DNA of 64,000 nucleotides from a virus. This document shows positions 59,459 through 64,000 of the stretch, in pieces. The stretch is taken from the IMG/VR virus record IMGVR_UViG_3300043449_002510, positions 32,001 to 96,000 of that record, one strand, 5' to 3'. The first letter of the stretch is position 1, and each line of letters opens with the position of its first letter. The notes beneath the pieces were generated by a model that was not told the DNA's origin, did no database searches, and saw only the letters and a list, made by a program, of their open reading frames with translations. The position numbers were made by a program, and so were the translations under genes.

Positions 59459-60939
59459 AGGGTTTCAGATTCAACTGTTGCCTGTTGGTCTTGAACTAAA
59501 AATTGACTGTTTTGACGATTAATTGAATCAACCAATGATCCTCTTTCTTCGACTTTAAAATTACGAATCTCAAAATTAATAAAATTCTTAACGTATTTAA
59601 CCTTACCGTCTGGGAACTGCCTTCTAATAAGATCTTGGTGACCAGCCGCATCTCTACCCTGAAAACGAGCCACAAGCTCAATTAGTTTGTGTGTTCCGCT
59701 CTCTGGAGTGTCTAGAGTAATCTCTTCAGCAACTCTCCTTCTCAGGAGACCAACGTAAGTTGCATACCAAGTAATTCGATCAGAGATACCGATAGAACTT
59801 TCATCATCAACGATTTCGGAAACATCCCTATTGGTAACGATGCCACTTCTATTATTTTGGACGGCAGTAATAATTGGAGTATCAAGCTCTTCAGCCAACT
59901 TTTTAAGAGAATCAACTTTTTCGCCCATGAGCTGATATTCTTGCTGATTACCACTAAGCTTATCAATTGCTTTAATGTAATCAAATACAATCATGCATTT
60001 ATTTCCTCTGCCTACTTCCCTCAAATACCATCTTCTGGCCATCGACATAATTTCGTCTATCTTCTTGTTGCCAATAAAGTGGTGAGTAACATTATAATTA
60101 TTTTTAATATCTTTTAATACGCCTCTGACCTTGGTAACCATTTCCTGGTTCTTTCTCCAATTGCCAGTTTCAATATACCAGAGTGGAACACTAGTCTTTG
60201 CAGCGATTGCTCTAAACTTAGTTTCTTCAGTTGACATTTCTGTATCAAGATACAAAACTTTCATCTTATGAATCTTACTCATTTCCGATGCGACTTCGTT
60301 AAGAAATGTAGATTTACCGCTTTTAGCTCTTGAAGCAATAATATAAAGATTTCTTCTTCTGAAGCCTCCATACAATCTGTTAAACTCTGGGAATGGGGTA
60401 GCATAGCCAATTTCTTCTTGGGGATTATTTCCTCTTTCTTCTGCGAGATCTAAAAGGTCTTCAAAAAGGTTTTGATTGCCTTGTTCAATTGAAAAAGAAT
60501 TAATTTTATCTCCGTAAATTGCATCAATTTCAGAAACCGTTTTATCTAAAGATTGATTTACAGATTTATTGATGTGATCTTTGATTTCGTCACAAGTACT
60601 TTCGACTTCTCTCAAGGCTCTTAATTTGACAAGCTCTTGACAAGCCTTAATTGTGGCATCCTTTGTAATCGGAGCAAAGGAAATGCTATCAATATAATCA
60701 AAAATATTAATATTATCTTTAAAAGATATACCAAGATTTTTAATTTTTTGCGCAAGAATGACTTTGTCTATCTTTTCCTTTTGAAGATAAGAAGAGATTA
60801 TGCAGCTATAAATTGTGGAATGAGGTTGAGCAACAAAATCCGATGCAGAAACAAATCCCTCTATTTCAGAAATTGCTTCCTGATTTTGGATTAGTCCACC
60901 AAGAACATGTTTTTCAATTTGAAGAGAATGAAGAGGCAT
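59455..60939 (-). CDS. dnaB: Replicative DnaB-like helicase
   Basis: PLHSLQIEKHVLGGL N-domain, Walker A ASRAKSGKST, LDTEM, VFDYI, AVQNNR. Confidence 0.92.
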   Translation of the reverse strand: MPLHSLQIEKHVLGGLIQNQEAISEIEGFVSASDFVAQPHSTIYSCIISSYLQKEKIDKVILAQKIKNLGISFKDNINIFDYIDSISFAPITKDATIKACQELVKLRALREVESTCDEIKDHINKSVNQSLDKTVSEIDAIYGDKINSFSIEQGNQNLFEDLLDLAEERGNNPQEEIGYATPFPEFNRLYGGFRRRNLYIIASRAKSGKSTFLNEVASEMSKIHKMKVLYLDTEMSTEETKFRAIAAKTSVPLWYIETGNWRKNQEMVTKVRGVLKDIKNNYNVTHHFIGNKKIDEIMSMARRWYLREVGRGNKCMIVFDYIKAIDKLSGNQQEYQLMGEKVDSLKKLAEELDTPIITAVQNNRSGIVTNRDVSEIVDDESSIGISDRITWYATYVGLLRRRVAEEITLDTPESGTHKLIELVARFQGRDAAGHQDLIRRQFPDGKVKYVKNFINFEIRNFKVEERGSLVDSINRQNSQFLVQDQQATVESETL

Positions 60940-60947
60940 ATTGTATT

Positions 60948-60976
60948 ATTATGCCAGTTTTTCTGCTGAAAGTCAA
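60948..60976 (-). promoter_or_regulatory. Sigma70-like promoter TTGACT-N17-CATAAT for the helicase-primase-nuclease operon
   Basis: + strand agtcaa at 60971-60976 and attatg at 60948-60953; TG at the extended -10 position; ATG 8 nt downstream. Confidence 0.7.
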
Positions 60977-61257
60977 GAATCTTGTCCGTTTAAGCCTTCT
61001 GGATCTTCTCCAACTGCCTTTTCAATATCATGCCTAGCATTTTCTATATTTATATCTCCAAGAGCAATCGCCCAATCCGTTATGTATTTTTGTAAAGCTA
61101 AACAATGAGCAGGAGAATCAAAAGTCATCGCGTGTTCTGGGGAGCCGGATTCTGAATTAAAATAAAATATAATAAAACCACCAGCAGTATGTTCTATCAA
61201 CTGATTTAATAAATGATTTGGCACACCACCGTGATTTTTATTTTTTTGATTTGCCAT
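60973..61257 (-). CDS. Hypothetical protein
   Basis: 94-aa ORF preceded on its own strand by GTGTAATA (61267-61274). Confidence 0.7.
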   Translation of the reverse strand: MANQKNKNHGGVPNHLLNQLIEHTAGGFIIFYFNSESGSPEHAMTFDSPAHCLALQKYITDWAIALGDINIENARHDIEKAVGEDPEGLNGQDS

Positions 61258-61283
61258 CTTAAAATTTATTACACATTTTATTT

Positions 61284-61700
61284 TTAAAGTTTTAAATCAA
61301 ATTTTTCTAAGAAGAATTCTTTATTTAATTTTGGAACCTCGTCTTCCATTATTTCAATTAATTTAAAATTATTCTTTTCTAACCATTTTATTTTTTTAAA
61401 ATCATTTTTGATTCCTTTTAAATAATTGGCTGGATTTCCATTATGAAAAAATGAATTGAAAGATTCGTGCTGCTTGCCATGAACTTCGATTGCTATTTTT
61501 AAAGTAGCGTTTAAAATGTCTACTTTAAGAAGAGTTCCAAAGCAGGGGAACTCTTCATAAACAATTTGACTTTGCCAAAATGGTCTTAGAAACTGTTTTG
61601 TTAAAAATTGTACATTTGAACGAGACTTTTTGTCCCAATCAATTATATAATTAGAAACATTCCTGTTTACTAATCTTCCATTTATATCAAATAATCTCAT
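61284..61700 (-). CDS. DUF559/Vsr-like endonuclease
   Basis: EEFP...KVDIL...IAIEVHGKQH...NDFKKIKWLEKNNFKLIEI. Confidence 0.75.
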   Translation of the reverse strand: MRLFDINGRLVNRNVSNYIIDWDKKSRSNVQFLTKQFLRPFWQSQIVYEEFPCFGTLLKVDILNATLKIAIEVHGKQHESFNSFFHNGNPANYLKGIKNDFKKIKWLEKNNFKLIEIMEDEVPKLNKEFFLEKFDLKL

Positions 61701-62830
61701 TTTGAGAGAGCTTCTTTAAATTTATTAAAGAAATACTTGGTTACATTTTGATTTTCTTCAAGATAAGATCTGAGATTGTCCATGCCTTGATGCTGCTGCT
61801 GAATTTCAACTCCAGCTTCTTTAGCTTCTTTAAGAATGGATTCATTAAAACTGAGCCATGGACCTTTCTTAATAATCATCTCCCACATGAGAAGCATGTC
61901 ACAAATCTCGTACTCAACCCAAATACTGTTACCACCAGTTCTTCCATGTTTAACTGGATATTTAATTTTAACCATTTCATTTTCTTTATCGCTTTTCTTG
62001 ATGGTTACGGAAACCCAATGACCAATAATTTTATTTTTATCTGGGTCAGGCTTTTCATTTGGCTTTTCAAGAATATTGTCACCATTATAACGGGGCTCAA
62101 ATTCAAGAATATAATTAGCAAAATGTACTAATCCATAACCGCCACCGCCAGATGTTAAACGAGGTGGTTCTTTCGAATAAGGATCAAGCTTGATAGGGGA
62201 ACTCATTTGAGAAATGCAAATGCAAACACATCCATATTTATGGATTGGTAAAGAAAGTCTCTGCAAAAATCTCTTCATTAGACCTTGGGGTCCAGCAACT
62301 TTTTCAGAACCAAGCTCCTTTTTTTCGTCAGCTTTGAGTCTTAAACCATCAACGGAATCAATGATGATACAAAGCTTTTCCCCCTTTTCGTAACAAGTTT
62401 TAATAAGAGATTCAATCATAGAACAAATTGCTTCCATGATATTTGACTCAAGAACAAAACAGGTTCCAAAATCCCATTCCTCAGCAGAAAAAACAAATTT
62501 TAATCCTGATCTGCTTTTTACATTTTCAGAAAGTCTTCCTTCGGCTTTGACGAGAAGACCTCTGTGTTTTGGGTCAAGTTCCAAGAAGTTTTTCATTACA
62601 AGGAGTGACTCTGAGCTTTTTCCAGCGCCAGTATATCCACAAAATCTATGAACACCTTCGCTAAGTGAAACTTGTTGGTCAAGAATTAGAGATCCAGTTG
62701 AAACTTTTACCGGATTATCTTCTACGAAGTTGTAGTGGTCATCCTTGTATCCAGAGAGGAGTGAAGAAAGCAAGTTCTTTGTCTCTTCACCCGAATTTTT
62801 AACATCATCTGTATTTTTATTTTTAGCCAT
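61697..62830 (-). CDS. RecA/UvsX-like recombinase
   Basis: VSTGSLILD, Walker A GYTGAGKSS, IIIDSV, ISQ, SGGGYGLVHFA. Confidence 0.85.
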   Translation of the reverse strand: MAKNKNTDDVKNSGEETKNLLSSLLSGYKDDHYNFVEDNPVKVSTGSLILDQQVSLSEGVHRFCGYTGAGKSSESLLVMKNFLELDPKHRGLLVKAEGRLSENVKSRSGLKFVFSAEEWDFGTCFVLESNIMEAICSMIESLIKTCYEKGEKLCIIIDSVDGLRLKADEKKELGSEKVAGPQGLMKRFLQRLSLPIHKYGCVCICISQMSSPIKLDPYSKEPPRLTSGGGGYGLVHFANYILEFEPRYNGDNILEKPNEKPDPDKNKIIGHWVSVTIKKSDKENEMVKIKYPVKHGRTGGNSIWVEYEICDMLLMWEMIIKKGPWLSFNESILKEAKEAGVEIQQQHQGMDNLRSYLEENQNVTKYFFNKFKEALSK

Positions 62831-62832
62831 AA

Positions 62833-63222
62833 TTATTTAAATAAATTTAAAAAGTCTTTTAACGATTTTGGTTTTTTTACTATTTGTGCGTCTTCCCCCA
62901 CTTTGTATTCTTCCATTTTGATATTACTTTGTTGTGGAGATAGATTGTTTTTTGTCTTTTGATATTCAAAAAGCTGGTCAGAAAGATAATTCTTGCCGTC
63001 TTTGGTGAGAAAGAAAGCGAGGGTTGAAACTTTATAATTTGAGGGTGGAGAAAGCCATTCAAGAAATTCTATACCATAAACTCCAATGAGCTTATTAAGC
63101 ATTTTCATTTCGCGAGGCCAGAAGTTCTTATTACAAAAGAACTCGACATTGACAAATTTTTTAATTAAAATTTGATTTTTGCTAAGTTTTCTAGCTTTTT
63201 TAGGTTTGGATTCCAACTTCAT
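62833..63222 (-). CDS. Hypothetical basic protein
   Basis: 129-aa ORF packed between gmd and the recA-like gene. Confidence 0.65.
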   Translation of the reverse strand: MKLESKPKKARKLSKNQILIKKFVNVEFFCNKNFWPREMKMLNKLIGVYGIEFLEWLSPPSNYKVSTLAFFLTKDGKNYLSDQLFEYQKTKNNLSPQQSNIKMEEYKVGEDAQIVKKPKSLKDFLNLFK

Positions 63223-64000
63223 TAAGGCATGATTCTACCATACATTTTACTAAGTTGTCAAACGAAATCTCAGGTTTCCAATTTAGCTCCTGTCTGGCAG
63301 GAGTAGAATCTCCAAGAAGTAAATCCACTTCTGCTGGCCTATAAAATTTGGGATTAATTTTTACTAAAATAGAACTTTTTAAATTAAATTTTTCAACAGT
63401 CTCTTTTGTTGCAGAATATTCTTCGCTAACGCCATTACCATGCCAAACACCTTTTAATCCAGCGTATTCAAAAGCTTTTTCTACAAACTCTCTAATACTA
63501 TGAGTTTCATTAGAAGAAAGGATGTATTCTTTAGGTTTTTCTTGGTTCATCATTAACCAAATACCTTTAATAAAATCTTTCGCGTGAGACCAATCCCTTT
63601 TTGAATCAAGATTTCCGAGTTCAAGGGCTTGAAAAGTTTCTTGATTTAAAATAGATTTTTTAATTCTTGCTACATTTTTTGTTATTTTTTGAGTAACAAA
63701 CTCTTCTCCTCTTCTTTCGCTCTCATGATTGTAAAGAATAGAGTGGATAGCGTATAGTCCATATGAATCTCTGTAAACTTTAGTTATGTGTCTGGCGGCA
63801 GCTTTTGCTGCTCCATATGGAGAACGCGGCCTAATTGGATGGTTTAAATCTTGAGGGGAATAAACAACATCCCCCATTTCTTCAGAACTTCCTGCACTAT
63901 AAAAACGACACTGAGGAGCCAGTTTTCTTATTGCTTCAAGACATCGCAACACTCCCATTGCAACACAATCAAATGTTTGCTCCGGAATTTGCCAACTTGC
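63200..64000 (-). CDS. gmd: GDP-mannose 4,6-dehydratase (5' end outside the window)
   Basis: SSEEMG, PRSPYGAAK, NHESERRGEEFVTQKI, LGNLDSKRDW, YRPAEVDLLLGD; frame stays open to 64000 (ASWQIPEQTFDCVAMG). Confidence 0.92.
   Translation of the reverse strand, partial: ASWQIPEQTFDCVAMGVLRCLEAIRKLAPQCRFYSAGSSEEMGDVVYSPQDLNHPIRPRSPYGAAKAAARHITKVYRDSYGLYAIHSILYNHESERRGEEFVTQKITKNVARIKKSILNQETFQALELGNLDSKRDWSHAKDFIKGIWLMMNQEKPKEYILSSNETHSIREFVEKAFEYAGLKGVWHGNGVSEEYSATKETVEKFNLKSSILVKINPKFYRPAEVDLLLGDSTPARQELNWKPEISFDNLVKCMVESCLNEVGIQT

Noticed and set aside
52725-60939. Inteins or introns in dnaE or dnaB explaining the split polymerase
   Set aside because: No Cys/Ser-start, His-Asn-end splicing motifs or homing endonuclease were seen; the proteins have normal or short lengths.
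4474-63062. Numerous 60-130 aa ORFs nested in or antisense to long genes (e.g. 4496, 20150, 43075, 53727, 61748)
   Set aside because: They overlap well-supported genes entirely, have no recognisable motifs and look like shadow frames.
1-64000. Stop-codon reassignment as seen in some large phages
   Set aside because: The standard code already gives dense, tightly abutting, full-length genes; no fragmentation at TAG or TGA is apparent.

Overview
This window is part of a large, AT-rich tailed-phage genome, apparently siphovirus-like (no tail sheath seen), read in the standard genetic code. No rRNA, tRNA, CRISPR array, integrase or transposase was recognised. The + strand from 1 to 38.5 kb is a virion module: modular tail-fibre/adhesin genes, three tandem LamG-like paralogs, neck/connector genes, tail tube, two tail chaperones, a 2277-aa tape measure protein (TMP) and tail-tip proteins, one ending in a trypsin-fold serine protease. 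Two more giant + strand virion-like genes lie at 42.9-52.7 kb. The - strand carries DNA metabolism: a Rad52-like annealing protein, a Whirly-like SSB, a family C polymerase split into three genes, a PD-(D/E)xK nuclease, primase, DnaB and a RecA-like protein. It also carries glycosyltransferases and gmd. The most striking unexplained signal is a roughly 690-aa insert in the TMP made of six unrelated modules bounded by seven copies of a G(F/Y)(I/L)PNF motif. Two modules resemble restriction-endonuclease-fold toxin domains, suggesting a processed cargo-delivery polyprotein. Also notable are S/T-G dipeptide enrichment in exposed virion proteins next to phage glycosyltransferases, two promoter classes, and RBS-masking hairpins. 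All product calls come from motif recognition by eye; no database search was run.
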